Shown piece after piece: positions 29,683 to 40,701 of a DNA stretch of 64,000 bases. The DNA is from a virus. Its lineage: Duplodnaviria; Heunggongvirae; Uroviricota; Caudoviricetes. The notes below the pieces were generated by a model that saw nothing but the letters and a program-made list of their open reading frames with translations, made no database searches and had not been told where the DNA came from. Each line of letters begins with the position of its first letter. Position 1 is the stretch's first letter. The position numbers and the translations under genes are program-made. The stretch is from IMG/VR virus record IMGVR_UViG_2687453623_000004; one strand, 5' to 3'.

Positions 29683-30824
29683 ACAGCACTGCGCAAGTCA
29701 CATCAGCGTTAACCGGCGTCAGCGATGTGCTGACACCGGTGTTCACTCTGTGGTATCTGCAGAAAAACATCACCTCTGATATCGCGCCTTATGTCACCCG
29801 TGTGACCTGGAGCGATAACATCAAAAATGAGTCCGATACCATTGAGGTGGAGCTGGACGACACCGATGGCCGCTGGCTGGATAAATGGTATCCGGGCAAG
29901 GGTGACACGCTGACGCTGAAAATGGGCTATCAGGGCGAGAAGCTGCTGTCCTGCGGTACGTTCTCTATAGACGAGATCGAAGTGAGTTCGCCCGCTTCCG
30001 TTGTTTCTATCCGTGGGGTGGCCACCTCGGTTAACAGTGCCCTGCGGACTAAAACCAGTCGTGGTTTTGAGAACACCACGCTGGCAGCTGTTGCGGGGCG
30101 GATTGCCAGAAAGCACCGGCTGAAACTGGTGGGCAGCATTGAGTCCATCAGAATCGACCGGGTGACCCAGTATGCTGAAACCGACGTGGGTTTTCTGCGC
30201 CGGCTGGCCAGCGAGTATGGTTATGCAGTGAAAGTGGTCAGTGACCAGCTGATTTTTTCTCATCTGGCCACACTGCGCAGTCAGGAGCCGGTCAGGCAGT
30301 TAAAACCGCAGGATGTGGCCCGCTTTTCCCTGCGTGACACCATCAACCGGGTCTATAAATCTGCAAAGGTAAAACACCAGAAAAGCAGCAGTAAAAAACT
30401 GATCGTCTACGAAGCTGATGGTGGTACCCGTGAAAGCGACAAAAAGCTCAAAGGTGGTAAGGTTACCAGCGCTGACTCACTTAAAGTTAACAGCCGCGTC
30501 AGCGACCCGGACAGTGCCCGGATTAAAGCGGATTCAGCACTGGCCAGACATAACGAATACCAGCAGAACGGCTCCCTGACGCTGACGGGAACACCTCAAC
30601 TGACAGCAGGCAACAAAATTGAACTGGTGAGTTTTGGGCAGTTATCCGGGCCATGGCTCATAACCACTGCCCGCCATGCGTTTGACCGTAACAGCGGCTA
30701 CACCACAGAGCTGGAAGTGGCACGGGGGCCAGTCACAAGAGGGAAAAAACAAAAAACTCAGAAACTCACGGTTTATCACCCGGATGGCAGTACATCGACG
30801 GTGATTAAGGAGAAGAAAAAATGA
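29670..30824 (+). CDS. Baseplate hub / tail protein (Mu P, P2 gpD-like)
   Basis: 384 aa in baseplate module. Confidence 0.6.
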   Translation: MAEINSTAQVTSALTGVSDVLTPVFTLWYLQKNITSDIAPYVTRVTWSDNIKNESDTIEVELDDTDGRWLDKWYPGKGDTLTLKMGYQGEKLLSCGTFSIDEIEVSSPASVVSIRGVATSVNSALRTKTSRGFENTTLAAVAGRIARKHRLKLVGSIESIRIDRVTQYAETDVGFLRRLASEYGYAVKVVSDQLIFSHLATLRSQEPVRQLKPQDVARFSLRDTINRVYKSAKVKHQKSSSKKLIVYEADGGTRESDKKLKGGKVTSADSLKVNSRVSDPDSARIKADSALARHNEYQQNGSLTLTGTPQLTAGNKIELVSFGQLSGPWLITTARHAFDRNSGYTTELEVARGPVTRGKKQKTQKLTVYHPDGSTSTVIKEKKK

Positions 30825-31417
30825 CTGGTGTCACTCGTCAGGTCGGTACGGTCAGTGCCGTTGATGCCGACAGGGTTCAGGCCCGCGTTCGTCTGCCTGA
30901 ATGCGATAACCTGCGCACAAACTGGCTTAACGTGCTGCAGCGCAATACCCAGGATAACAAAGATTACTGGCTCCCTGACGTGGGGGAGCAGGTTGAGGTG
31001 CTGCTCGATGCCAACGGCGAGGATGGTGTTATTCTGGGCGCGGTGTATTCAGACGTCGATAAACCACCGTTCAGTGACAAAAATATCCGGGGAACCCGGT
31101 TTGCTGATGGTGCAGAGTACAGCTACAACCGGAAGACGCACACTCTGATCATCCGGGGCGGCATTGAGCATATTGTCATTGAGTGTGGTGCTGATGTGGT
31201 ATTGAAAACACAGAAAGCCACGATTGACGCACCGGAAACCGAACTTACCGGAGATCTGCGTGTCAGGGGTAAGCTGATTTACGAAGGAGGCATGGCGGGT
31301 TCTGGTGGTGAAGGTGTTACCGCGACCATCCATGGCAATATCGAGATTAAAGGGAATGTCCATGCCACGGGCAGTATGTTGTCTGATGGCGAAAACTCCA
31401 GCCACCACTCCCACTGA
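30821..31417 (+). CDS. Baseplate spike protein (gpV-like)
   Basis: 198 aa; glycine-rich C-terminus. Confidence 0.6.
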   Translation: MTGVTRQVGTVSAVDADRVQARVRLPECDNLRTNWLNVLQRNTQDNKDYWLPDVGEQVEVLLDANGEDGVILGAVYSDVDKPPFSDKNIRGTRFADGAEYSYNRKTHTLIIRGGIEHIVIECGADVVLKTQKATIDAPETELTGDLRVRGKLIYEGGMAGSGGEGVTATIHGNIEIKGNVHATGSMLSDGENSSHHSH

Positions 31418-31471
31418 GCTTTTTAAACGCCTTTAATATCAGCGTTCCCGCACGGGGGCAATACTGCCCCC

Positions 31472-31819
31472 ATGAAAACAACCTCAGTATTCTGGCAACC
31501 AGCCCTGCAGGCTCCCGGCGAAATTGTCCGGGGGCTGGATGATATCCGGCAGGCGATTCAAATTATCCTGCGGACTCCCCGCGGCAGCGACCCGCATCGC
31601 CCGGAGTTCGGCAGCAATCTGCATCTTTATATCGACTGGCCTGTAGACCGGGCCATTCCGCATGTGGTGCGCGAATCCGTCGATGCCATCCGGCGCTGGG
31701 AGCCCCGCTGCCAGCTTATGTCAGTTAAACCCGCCGTCGACGGCGAACATCTTACGCTCCGGGTGAGCTGGAAAGGCTCAGACGGACAGACCCGGACTCA
31801 GGAGCTGCTATGGCGCTGA
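31472..31819 (+). CDS. Baseplate wedge protein (gpW / gp25-like)
   Basis: 115 aa; precedes the J-like gene. Confidence 0.6.
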   Translation: MKTTSVFWQPALQAPGEIVRGLDDIRQAIQIILRTPRGSDPHRPEFGSNLHLYIDWPVDRAIPHVVRESVDAIRRWEPRCQLMSVKPAVDGEHLTLRVSWKGSDGQTRTQELLWR

Positions 31820-32913
31820 CAGAACCCGATTTTATTGAACGCGATGCCGACAAAATCACGGCAGAAATGATTGCGAAGTATGAAGCGGATACCGGCAAAA
31901 CGCTGTACCCGGCACAGGCAGAACGTCTGCTGATTGATCTGTGGGCCTATCGCGAAATGCTGGTCAGGGTTGCGGTACAGGAGGCAGCAAAGCAGAATCT
32001 GGTCGCCTTTGCCCGTGAGCCGATGATTGATTACCTCGGTGAACTGGTCGGTGTATACCGTCTTGCCGCGCAGCCTGCCACCACCACGCTCCAGTTCTCC
32101 GTAGATGAGGCACTGGCCATTGATGTGCTGATCCCGGCAGGCACCCGCGTCAGCGCTTCCGACAGCGTTATTTTTGCCACCGATACAGATGTGGTACTGA
32201 AGGCCGGATTGCTGCTGGTCAATGTCACGGCCACCTGTACCGAACCCGGTACCGCTGGTAACGGCTGGCAACCTGCGCAGGTCAGTCAGTTACTCGATGA
32301 GATTGATAACGTTAACCTGCTGGTGAGCAATCTGATGGCCAGTTCCGGCGGTTCAGAACAGGAAGACGATGACAGGCTCCGGGAGCGTATCAGGCTGGCC
32401 CCGGAGTCATTCACCAATGCCGGAAGCCGTGGCGCATACCGCTTTCATGCCATGCAGGCCCATCCCAACATTGTCGATGTTGCTGTGCTTTCCCCGGTTC
32501 CCGGGACCGTAGATCTGTATCCGCTGCTCAGTACCGGTCTGCCGGACGGCGGTGTTCTCACGCTGGTAGAGAGTTTCTGCTCTGATGAGAAAGTCAGGCC
32601 ACTCACTGATACAGTGCGGGCTAAAACACCAGTGAAGGTGGATTACACCATTGAAGCCAGGATTACGATCTATCGTGATCAGGATGCCAGGTCTGTAAAA
32701 GATGCCGCTAACAGCGCCATACAGAACTGGGTGGCATCACGTGCCGCCACGCTGGGGCGCGATATTGTCCCCAGCCAGATTATCAGTGCATTGTCCGTTT
32801 CCGGGGTGTACCAGGTTGAACTGGTGACACCGGCACTGCGGGTGGTGGCAGAAAACGAATGGGCAAACTGTACGGCAATCACTCTTAACATGACTGGAGT
32901 GTCTGATGACTGA
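31810..32913 (+). CDS. Baseplate protein J-like
   Basis: 367 aa. Confidence 0.7.
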   Translation: MALTEPDFIERDADKITAEMIAKYEADTGKTLYPAQAERLLIDLWAYREMLVRVAVQEAAKQNLVAFAREPMIDYLGELVGVYRLAAQPATTTLQFSVDEALAIDVLIPAGTRVSASDSVIFATDTDVVLKAGLLLVNVTATCTEPGTAGNGWQPAQVSQLLDEIDNVNLLVSNLMASSGGSEQEDDDRLRERIRLAPESFTNAGSRGAYRFHAMQAHPNIVDVAVLSPVPGTVDLYPLLSTGLPDGGVLTLVESFCSDEKVRPLTDTVRAKTPVKVDYTIEARITIYRDQDARSVKDAANSAIQNWVASRAATLGRDIVPSQIISALSVSGVYQVELVTPALRVVAENEWANCTAITLNMTGVSDD

Positions 32914-33484
32914 GCCATTACAACTCCCGCCACCGCTTGAGGGTGATATCAGTCTCAGGACGCTGGGAAGACTGGCAGGACGGCTGGATAACATCGACCT
33001 GAGCGTACTGATGGTCTTTCTCGTCGATATCGTCGACAGTTCCGCGCTGCCATGGCTGGGCGAGCAGTTCTCACTGTCTGGCGATGGCTGGGAGCTGGCG
33101 GAATCGGACGATGTTCGCCGCATGCTTATAAAAGCAGCCATCGAACTGCACCGGTATAAAGGGACGCCGTGGTCAATCCGGGAAGTTATCCGCCGTTTTG
33201 GCTTTGGTGAAGTGGATCTGATTGAAGGCACAGGTCGTCTCAGTTACGACGGCAATCGCAGCTATAACGGACTGTTTGTTCATGGAGATGCAGCCGCCTG
33301 GGCAGTTTATCGCGTTATTCTGAAACAGCCCATTACTAACGATCAGGCCGCGATGCTGCGTCAGACGCTGGCTGCATTTGCACCGGCCCGCTGCCATCTG
33401 GCCAGCCTGGAGTATCAGTCTGTGGCCATTCGCTATAACAATACCGCCATCCATGATGGCAGTTATAACCACGGGAGCAGTTGA
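32906..33484 (+). CDS. Baseplate protein (gpI-like)
   Basis: 192 aa, coupled to the tail-fibre gene. Confidence 0.6.
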   Translation: MTEPLQLPPPLEGDISLRTLGRLAGRLDNIDLSVLMVFLVDIVDSSALPWLGEQFSLSGDGWELAESDDVRRMLIKAAIELHRYKGTPWSIREVIRRFGFGEVDLIEGTGRLSYDGNRSYNGLFVHGDAAAWAVYRVILKQPITNDQAAMLRQTLAAFAPARCHLASLEYQSVAIRYNNTAIHDGSYNHGSS

Positions 33485-34734
33485 TTATGGGAAACCTGAA
33501 TGAAACAGAAAAGTGGGAAGAAAATATCTATCAACTGGAGACATCAGATCCGGTTCTGGGTGGTGCAGACGGGATATCAAATCGAGCCCCCCGGCAACTG
33601 GCAAACAGGACGAAATGGCTGAAGAAGAAAACGGAGGAAGCCGCACAGTCACTGGCTGAACACGTACGTTCCCGTAACCACCCGGACGCGACACTGACAG
33701 CTAAGGGGTTCACCCAACTGAGCAGTGCCACCAACAGCACCTCTGAAACGCTGGCCGCCACACCAAAAGCGGTCAAGGCTGCATACGACCTGGCAGCCGG
33801 CAAGGCGCCTGCCAGCCACACTCACCCGTGGAGTCAGATAACGGGAGTGCCTGCGGCTTCACTGACGGCAAAAGGCACCGTACAACTGAGCAGCGCCACG
33901 GACAGTCAATCAGAAACTGAGGCTGCCACGCCGAAGGCGGTCAAGGCTGCATACGACCTTGCAGCCGGCAAGGCGCCCGTCAGCCACACTCACCCGTGGA
34001 GTCAGATAACGGGAGTGCCTGCTGCCTCGCTGACGGCAAAAGGCACCGTACAATTGAGCAGTGCCATCAACAGCACGTCTGAAATACTGGCCGCCACACC
34101 GAAAGCGGTCAAGGCTGCATACGATCTGGCAAACGGAAAACAACCGGCAGATGCCACGCTCACTGCTCTGGCAGGACTTGCCACTGCAGCAGATCGGTTG
34201 CCTTATTTTACCGGAGCAGACCGCGCAGAGCTGGCAACCCTTACAGCTATTGGTCGCGCTATTATCGCTAAGGGCAGTATAAAAGATGTCCTCAATTACC
34301 TTGGTTTGGGGGAAGGCTCGGCGCTGCCCGTTGGTGTACCTGTTCCGTGGCCCACTGCCACACCGCCAGCAGGCTGGTTAAAGTGCGACGGGCGCGCCTT
34401 TACAAAAGAACAATATCCTGTTCTGGCCAGAGTCTACCCGACCCTCCGTCTTCCCGATTTACGCGGTGAGTTTATCCGTGGATGGGACGACGGGCGAAAA
34501 GTGGATACAGGGCGCGATCTGCTTTCACGGCAGGATGGTACAAGTTTTTCTCATTACGCAGGTAATTTTGACATTGGGTCTGGTCATTCAATCAATAACT
34601 ATGACCAAATCGTTGACAACCAACCTGGATTCTCCCGTTTTTCATTTGCAGGTCCTTCGCGAGGCGATGGGGTTAATTATGTGACCATTCGTCCCCGTAA
34701 CATTGCGTTTAATTACATCGTAAGGGCGGCATAG
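33481..34734 (+). CDS. Tail fibre protein S (constant part plus currently expressed C-terminal cassette Sv1)
   Basis: 417 aa; repeated TAKGxxQLSSAxxSxSE...[16 protein letters not shown] units; C-terminus ...[14 protein letters not shown]. Confidence 0.75.
   Translation: MIMGNLNETEKWEENIYQLETSDPVLGGADGISNRAPRQLANRTKWLKKKTEEAAQSLAEHVRSRNHPDATLTAKGFTQLSSATNSTSETLAATPKAVKAAYDLAAGKAPASHTHPWSQITGVPAASLTAKGTVQLSSATDSQSETEAATPKAVKAAYDLAAGKAPVSHTHPWSQITGVPAASLTAKGTVQLSSAINSTSEILAATPKAVKAAYDLANGKQPADATLTALAGLATAADRLPYFTGADRAELATLTAIGRAIIAKGSIKDVLNYLGLGEGSALPVGVPVPWPTATPPAGWLKCDGRAFTKEQYPVLARVYPTLRLPDLRGEFIRGWDDGRKVDTGRDLLSRQDGTSFSHYAGNFDIGSGHSINNYDQIVDNQPGFSRFSFAGPSRGDGVNYVTIRPRNIAFNYIVRAA
34289..34314 (+). 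promoter_or_regulatory. Putative Gin/Hin-type crossover site A inside S
   Basis: TCCTCAATTACC-TT-GGTTTGGGGGAA resembles hix/gix half-sites (ACC-TT-GGTTT core); begins a ~210-bp segment repeated at 34740 and, inverted, at 36130-36346. Confidence 0.45.
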
Positions 34735-34753
34735 AAACGTTGGTTTGGGGGAA
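34730..34753 (+). promoter_or_regulatory. Putative crossover site B (direct) immediately after the S stop codon
   Basis: CATAGAAACG-TT-GGTTTGGGGGAA. Confidence 0.4.
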
Positions 34754-35206
34754 GGCTCTGCATTGCCTGTTGGTGTACCGGTTCCATGGCCCACCGCCAC
34801 ACCGCCAGCAGGCTGGTTACAGTGCAACGGAGCTACGTTCACCAAAGAACAATATCCTGTTCTGGTCAGAGTCTACCCGACCCTCCGTCTTCCCGATTTG
34901 CGCGGTGAGTTTATCCGTGGATGGGACGGTGGTCGCAAGGTTGATACCGGGCGTGCGCTACTTTCATTTCAGGAAGGGACTATCGTATCCGGTTTTGATG
35001 ATAATGATACCGGAGATATCAGTTCGCTCGGCTCTACACAATACGGATTTGGTGACGCTTTAACCTCTAATCAACTGGGGGTCTTAAATGGCAAAAAGTG
35101 GATATTTGATGCATCCTCTAAAGGTGCACAAAGATATGACTGGTGGGCTTATGTATCAGCTCGCCCCCGCAATATCGCATTTAACTATATCGTGAGGGCG
35201 GCGTGA
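34745..35206 (+). other. Silent alternative tail-fibre C-terminal cassette (Sv2), no upstream constant region in frame
   Basis: Homologous to the S C-terminal region (PVGVPVPWPTATPPAGWL ... [14 protein letters not shown]) but diverged in the middle; lacks an independent start context. Confidence 0.5.
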
Positions 35207-35212
35207 TACCGT

Positions 35213-35827
35213 TCAGCCGGCAAGCGCCAGTGGCGCTTCCGGCCAGCTGATTTCAGGTGCCTTGCTGATATCCAGTGCGTTCAGCTCGTCGATATAATCC
35301 AGCACGGCGTTCAGTTTTGCCGTTTCTTCTGGTTTCAGACTGCGACCAGCACGCAGTTTGAGGTTGATAAGATCGACGGACGCCATCGCCTGTTTCACCC
35401 GTTGCTGGCGTTGCTGTCTGGCAACCTCCAGTTCTGCGGCTCGCTGCCGTTCAGTATCGGTTACCCACGCCTCACCGTTCCAGGTATCCCATGGCGTGGC
35501 TGGCTGTTTTGTGGTGGTGTCCGCCGGGTAATCACCCGGTTGGGTAATCAGAACGGGGTTACCGTTCTCCGTGCTGTATACCGTCTCGCCGCGGTGATCA
35601 GGCACATGCTCCCACCCGTTCAGCGTGGCAGTCCGGCAAACCACGTAACCCGAAATTGCTTCCGGCGGTGCATCGGCGCACGAATGTGCCGGAGTACCCA
35701 CCCCAAGGGCGAGATACTCCACAGAGGATGAGGTGTATTCCCGGGTTTCCTCGTCATAGTGATATACAGTGATATCGCCCGCTACAGTGGCGATACCGTT
35801 TTCATCCAGAACTGCAGTGTTACTCAT
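35213..35827 (-). CDS. Tail fibre assembly protein (U'-like), inverted orientation
   Basis: 204 aa; C-terminus ...ISWPEAPLALAG typical of Tfa family. Confidence 0.6.
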   Translation of the reverse strand: MSNTAVLDENGIATVAGDITVYHYDEETREYTSSSVEYLALGVGTPAHSCADAPPEAISGYVVCRTATLNGWEHVPDHRGETVYSTENGNPVLITQPGDYPADTTTKQPATPWDTWNGEAWVTDTERQRAAELEVARQQRQQRVKQAMASVDLINLKLRAGRSLKPEETAKLNAVLDYIDELNALDISKAPEISWPEAPLALAG

Positions 35828-36309
35828 TAAACTGCCCTCACAATGTAATTAAGTGCAATGCTACGGGGTCTGACAGTGATACCCTTCGCATACCCGCTTC
35901 TGATAGAGGTCAGAATAGTAGCCTGCATACCATTGTCTGACATTGCCACGACAGGATCGCTGAATGTTGTCCCGTCCGGCATTTTAAAGCTGCCCTCACG
36001 AAGGTCTGTAATGGAATCTTCATTGTTGAATCCCATGCCGACTATCCCCGAGGTTCCCGTAGTGTCCTGGTTATAATAATCCAGCATTGCTGTTCTTAAC
36101 AGCGTTGCCCCTTGTGCGGACAGCAACTTACGTCCTGTATCAACTTTGCGCCCGTCGTCCCATCCACGGATAAACTCACCGCGTAAATCGGGAAGACGGA
36201 GGGTCGGGTAGACTCTGGCCAGAACAGGATATTGTTCTTTTGTAAAGGCGCGCCCGTCGCACTTTAACCAGCCTGCTGGCGGTGTGGCGGTGGGCCACGG
36301 AACAGGCAC
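35827..36309 (-). other. Inverted alternative tail-fibre C-terminal cassette (Sv3)
   Basis: Begins PVPWPTATPPAGWLKCDGRAF..., ends ...RPRSIALNYIVRAV; its 5' ~210 bp is almost identical to S at 34301-34512 in inverted orientation. Confidence 0.6.
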
Positions 36310-36320
36310 ACCAACGGGTA

Positions 36321-36346
36321 GCGCCGAGCCTTCTCCTAAACCAACG
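36321..36346 (-). promoter_or_regulatory. Putative crossover site C (inverted)
   Basis: Reverse complement GATAAACG-TT-GGTTTAGGAGAA. Confidence 0.4.
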
Positions 36347-36407
36347 TTTATCTCTCAAATCCTCCCCACATTATCTCAGTACTTTAACCACTCAAAAGGG
36401 AGTATTT

Positions 36408-36983
36408 TTAATGCTGATTGGCTACATACGTGTGTCAACAAATGACCAAAACACAGATTTGCAACGCAATGCATTAATGTGCGCAGGATGTGAACAGATT
36501 TTTGAGGACAAAATGAGCGGAACCAAGTCGGAACGACCAGGCCTGAAACGCGCTTTAAAGTGCCTTAAAAGAGGGGATACATTGGTGGTCTGGAAGCTGG
36601 ATCGGTTGGGTAGAAGAATGAAACACCTCATTGCTCTCACAGAAGAGCTACGCGCAAAAGGTGTCAATTTTCGCAGTCTGACGGATTCAATCGATACCAG
36701 CACTCCGATGGGAAGGTTCTTTTTTCATATGATGGGTGCACTGGCAGAAATGGAGCGTGAACTGATAGTTGAGCGCACGCTGGCTGGACTGGCTGCTGCG
36801 CGAGCACAAGGAAGAGTTGGAGGACGTCGCCCGAAACTGACGAAGGAGCAGCATGAGCAGATCGCAAGATTGCTCCAGAAAGGGTATGACAGAAAGCGGC
36901 TGGCAATTATCTATGATATTGGACTGTCAACGATCTACCGCTATCACCCTGTTGGGACTGTCATAACGCAACCTGAAATGTAA
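36408..36983 (+). CDS. gin: Serine DNA invertase (Gin/Hin/Pin family)
   Basis: MLIGYIRVSTNDQNTDLQ ... catalytic Ser motif and C-terminal HTH; start at internal Met of the track ORF. Confidence 0.85.
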   Translation, partial: LMLIGYIRVSTNDQNTDLQRNALMCAGCEQIFEDKMSGTKSERPGLKRALKCLKRGDTLVVWKLDRLGRRMKHLIALTEELRAKGVNFRSLTDSIDTSTPMGRFFFHMMGALAEMERELIVERTLAGLAAARAQGRVGGRRPKLTKEQHEQIARLLQKGYDRKRLAIIYDIGLSTIYRYHPVGTVITQPEM

Positions 36984-37011
36984 TTCTTTTTCAAATAATG
37001 AAACGCCGCGT

Positions 37012-37061
37012 GGATGCCATTTATCGCACAAGATAGAGTGCATTTATCGCGCGGCGCATCA
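37012..37061 (-). repeat. Right terminal inverted repeat with two CATTTATCGC motifs
   Basis: CCATTTATCGCACAAG and GCATTTATCGCGCGGCGCATCA; resembles Mu attR-type repeated A-protein binding sites (from memory). Confidence 0.55.
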
Positions 37062-37067
37062 TTCTTC
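37062..37067. repeat. Right copy of 6-bp target-site duplication TTCTTC
   Basis: Read directly after the prophage end ...GCGCATCA. Confidence 0.6.
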
Positions 37068-37165
37068 ATGTGAATCATCCGTTGATTAATTATATATAAA
37101 CATTATGTATCAACAAGTTACATTGATAATTAACGCTACCATTAATAAAAATACCCCACAAGGTC

Positions 37166-37194
37166 CGAAAAAAAACGCCGGCAATGTGCCGACG
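37166..37194 (-). terminator. Rho-independent terminator downstream of aroA
   Basis: Hairpin CGTCGGCA-CAT-TGCCGGCG followed by a T-run on the minus strand. Confidence 0.5.
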
Positions 37195-37238
37195 TCTTTG
37201 AAAAGAAAGGATTGTCTATGTTATCGCCCGTTATTCAT

Positions 37239-38522
37239 TCAGCCGGGTTGACTTATCCGCGCCAATTGCTCGAAATAGTCTGGAAAAGTTTTAGCGGTAC
37301 ATTTTGGATCAAGAATCGTCACAGGCGTATCTGATAATGCGACCAGCGAGAAACACATCGCCATCCGGTGATCATTATAAGTGGCGATCTCAGCAAATTT
37401 CAGTTTTTCCGGTGGCGTAATGCGAATGAAATCATGCCCCTCTTCGACTTCCGCACCGACTTTACGCAGTTCTGTTGCCATCGCAAACAGGCGATCGGTC
37501 TCTTTAACACGCCAGTTATAGATATTGCGCAGCGTGGTGGTGCCTTTTGCAAATAACGCCGCGGTGGCAATGGTCATCGCCGCATCGGGAATATGGTTCA
37601 TATCCATATCAATGGCGTTCAGTTCACCACGCGTGCAGGAAATATAATCATCGCCCCAGCAAATGGTCGCGCCCATTTTTTCCAGAACATCAGCAAAGCG
37701 AATATCACCCTGCATACTGTTGCGTCCAATGCCGGTCACTTTTACAGTGCCGCCTCTGATTGCTGCTGCTGCCAGGAAATAAGAAGCCGAAGATGCATCG
37801 CCTTCAACCAAATAAGTGCCCGGAGACTGGTAAGACTGCCCCCCTTTTACGACAAATTGTTGATAGTGCTGATTTTCAATTTCAACACCAAACGTCTTCA
37901 TCAGATTGAGGGTGATATCGATATAAGGTTTAGAAACCAGATCGCCTTTAATACGAATCACCGTATCTTCCGGCGCAAGAGGCGCAGTCATTAACAGTGC
38001 GGTGAGGAACTGGCTGGAAACGGAGCCATCAACATCAACGTTGCCGCCAGTAAAGCCGCCCTGTAAACGCAATGGCGGATAATTTTCTTGTTCCAGGTAA
38101 GTGATCTTCGCCCCGCCCTGGCGCAGCGCATCCACCAGATGACCAATCGGGCGTTCTTTCATTCGCGGTTCACCGCTCAGTACAATATCATTGCTACCCA
38201 GGCAAAGTGCTGCCGCCAGCGGACGCATTGCCGTTCCGGCGTTACCGAGGAACAACTCCCGGGCACTTTCTGCGTGTAATGGACCACCGTTACCGATAAT
38301 TTCGCAACGCGTACGATCGGCTGAAAGCGTATAGCTTACCCCTAACGCTGTTAATGCATTCAGCATATGGCGCACGTCATCGCTATCCAGCAGATTGGTT
38401 AATACTGTTTTGCCGTGTGCTAATGCCGCCAGCAATAAAGCGCGGTTAGAAACGCTCTTGGAACCGGGCAGATTAATAGTGCCATCGACACGAGCGATGG
38501 GTTGTAACGTTAGGGATTCCAT
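37239..38522 (-). CDS. aroA: 3-phosphoshikimate 1-carboxyvinyltransferase (EPSP synthase)
   Basis: 427 aa, near-identical to E. coli AroA as I remember it. Confidence 0.95.
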   Translation of the reverse strand: MESLTLQPIARVDGTINLPGSKSVSNRALLLAALAHGKTVLTNLLDSDDVRHMLNALTALGVSYTLSADRTRCEIIGNGGPLHAESARELFLGNAGTAMRPLAAALCLGSNDIVLSGEPRMKERPIGHLVDALRQGGAKITYLEQENYPPLRLQGGFTGGNVDVDGSVSSQFLTALLMTAPLAPEDTVIRIKGDLVSKPYIDITLNLMKTFGVEIENQHYQQFVVKGGQSYQSPGTYLVEGDASSASYFLAAAAIRGGTVKVTGIGRNSMQGDIRFADVLEKMGATICWGDDYISCTRGELNAIDMDMNHIPDAAMTIATAALFAKGTTTLRNIYNWRVKETDRLFAMATELRKVGAEVEEGHDFIRITPPEKLKFAEIATYNDHRMAMCFSLVALSDTPVTILDPKCTAKTFPDYFEQLARISQPG

Positions 38523-38592
38523 GAACTCAACTCTCTACAACAGAAATAAAAACCCCACAGGCTGGCTGTGGGGATTATGCAAAATTTCGACA

Positions 38593-39681
38593 TTAGCCGT
38601 GACGACGTTCGAACTCAACCATGAAGTCTGTCAGTGCTTTAACACCTTCCAGCGGCATGGCGTTATAAATAGACGCACGCATTCCGCCGACCACTCGGTG
38701 ACCTTTCAGCGCATGTAAGCCCGCAGCGAAAGACTCTTCGAGGAACAATTTATCAAGCGCGCTATCCGCCAACTGGAACGGCACGTTCATCCGCGAACGG
38801 TTAGCTTTCGCCACATCATTGCGGTAGAAATCGCTGTTATCAATCACCCCATACAGCAGTTCTGCTTTTTGCTGATTGATCTTATCCATTGCAGCCACAC
38901 CGCCGTTCGCTTTCAGCCATTTGAAGACCAGGCCAGATAAGTACCAGGCAAATGTCGGCGGCGTGTTGAACATGGAATCGTTATCGTTGAGGATGGAGTA
39001 ATCCAGAATCGATGGGCAGGCGATATTCGCTTTGCCCAGCAAATCTTCACGAACGATGACGATTGTCAGGCCAGCCGGGCCGATATTTTTCTGCGCGCCA
39101 GCGTAAATTACACCATAACGGCTGACATCAATCGGACGGGAAAGAATGGTTGAAGAGAAGTCAGCGGCGACCACCACGTCTTTACCGAAGTCTGGTGTTT
39201 CATCGATAGCGATACCATCGATGGTTTCGTTCGGGCAGTAATGCATATAAGCAGCATTATCAGAGAGTTGCCATTCACTCATTGGCTTAACTGCGCGAAG
39301 ACCATCAACGGTCACTTTCGCATCAAACACATTTGGTGTGCAGTATTTTTTCGCTTCTTTGATAGCACTTGCTGCCCAGTAACCCGCATCAACATAATCT
39401 GCAGTGGTTTTATCACCAAGAATATTCAACGGTACTGCAGCAAATTGACCGCGACCACCGCCATGGCAGAACAATACTTTGTAGTTGGAGGGGACGTTAA
39501 GAAGATCGCGAAAATCCTTCTCGGCTTCCTCTGCAACCTGAATGAACTCTTTGCCACGGTGACTCACTTCCATCACCGACGTACCAAGACCGTTCCAGTC
39601 GCGCAGTTCCTGTTGAGCCTGTTTAAGCACCTCTGCCGGTAGCATTGCCGGACCAGAACTAAAATTGAAGATTTGAGCCAT
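38593..39681 (-). CDS. serC: Phosphoserine aminotransferase
   Basis: 362 aa; serC-aroA operon arrangement. Confidence 0.95.
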   Translation of the reverse strand: MAQIFNFSSGPAMLPAEVLKQAQQELRDWNGLGTSVMEVSHRGKEFIQVAEEAEKDFRDLLNVPSNYKVLFCHGGGRGQFAAVPLNILGDKTTADYVDAGYWAASAIKEAKKYCTPNVFDAKVTVDGLRAVKPMSEWQLSDNAAYMHYCPNETIDGIAIDETPDFGKDVVVAADFSSTILSRPIDVSRYGVIYAGAQKNIGPAGLTIVIVREDLLGKANIACPSILDYSILNDNDSMFNTPPTFAWYLSGLVFKWLKANGGVAAMDKINQQKAELLYGVIDNSDFYRNDVAKANRSRMNVPFQLADSALDKLFLEESFAAGLHALKGHRVVGGMRASIYNAMPLEGVKALTDFMVEFERRHG

Positions 39682-39879
39682 TTCCCCTCACCACGTTGCG
39701 TTGCTATTAACCCGCGGTCAATCGATTGCGACCACAGGTAATACATTATTCCAGTGGCTATCGGTTTTATCATTCAGTGACACACATCGCAATGAGTAAA
39801 ACCGTTGAGGGCAAAAATGTGGCTTGCATCACACAAAAGAATCTCTCGGATTATTAGCAAAAAGCCGATGTTTTTGCTG

Positions 39880-40572
39880 TCAGGTCACCCGTTTAGCTCG
39901 ACTTGCCTTCGTCCATTCTGGATTTGCACAGCGCGGACATAATTGTTTTTCCCCCGCGTTCATATGAATGATTTCACTGCAACGGATGCAGGCATAGTCC
40001 GCCGACTCCGGCACCACTTTGTAACGCTGAGTACAGTCACTGGGTAAAATAAGTAACCCCGGTTTCACCTTGTCATCTTCAAAGAAATAAACACTGATTT
40101 GCCCGTTGGTTTCGAGAATCGCCAGACGTACCTGCCCCAACTGCTCTACACCGCGCAATCGTAGCTCCATAAAGAACTCAAATTCCGTCATGTTGGAGTT
40201 ATTGAGTTTCGACCAGGCCAGCTCGCCGTCTTCAATAATGACAACCGGCTTGCCTTCCAGAAGATCTTCCAGTTTTTCACTGTGCGCCATCAACCACATT
40301 ACCAGGCGGTATAACAACGCCAGAGTAATAAAGACGATAAGTACCGGGACCATCGGCACATCATCATAAAACGCCACATCTCCCGCCGCTGAACCCAGTG
40401 TCAGAATGATTAACACTTCAAACAGCGACATCTGCCGCACACCGCGTCTTCCGGTCATTTTGAGGAACAAAAAAACCAGTACAAAGGTATAAAGACTACG
40501 TAGTGCAACTTCGCCAAGGAAATCAAAAGGCACTTTATCAAATGCCATACGGTGGAGATCGAACGCCTTCAT
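39880..40572 (-). CDS. ycaP: Inner membrane protein YcaP (DUF421 family)
   Basis: 230 aa; position between serC and ycaO as in E. coli. Confidence 0.8.
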   Translation of the reverse strand: MKAFDLHRMAFDKVPFDFLGEVALRSLYTFVLVFLFLKMTGRRGVRQMSLFEVLIILTLGSAAGDVAFYDDVPMVPVLIVFITLALLYRLVMWLMAHSEKLEDLLEGKPVVIIEDGELAWSKLNNSNMTEFEFFMELRLRGVEQLGQVRLAILETNGQISVYFFEDDKVKPGLLILPSDCTQRYKVVPESADYACIRCSEIIHMNAGEKQLCPRCANPEWTKASRAKRVT

Positions 40573-40701
40573 TTTTATGCTCTTATCGTGGTTTATCCGC
40601 TAAAAGCATAGCCAACAGTTCATCGGCATGGCGGCGGTGATAGCGCCTTTGAGATAAAACCCGTATTATTGCGCGCTTTCCGTACGACTAAAGTGATTTT
40701 C

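Noticed and set aside
36282-36407. 42-codon N-terminal extension of the invertase ORF
   Set aside because: Serine invertases start at M-L-I-G-Y-I-R-V-S; the extension overlaps the crossover site and fibre cassette on the other strand.
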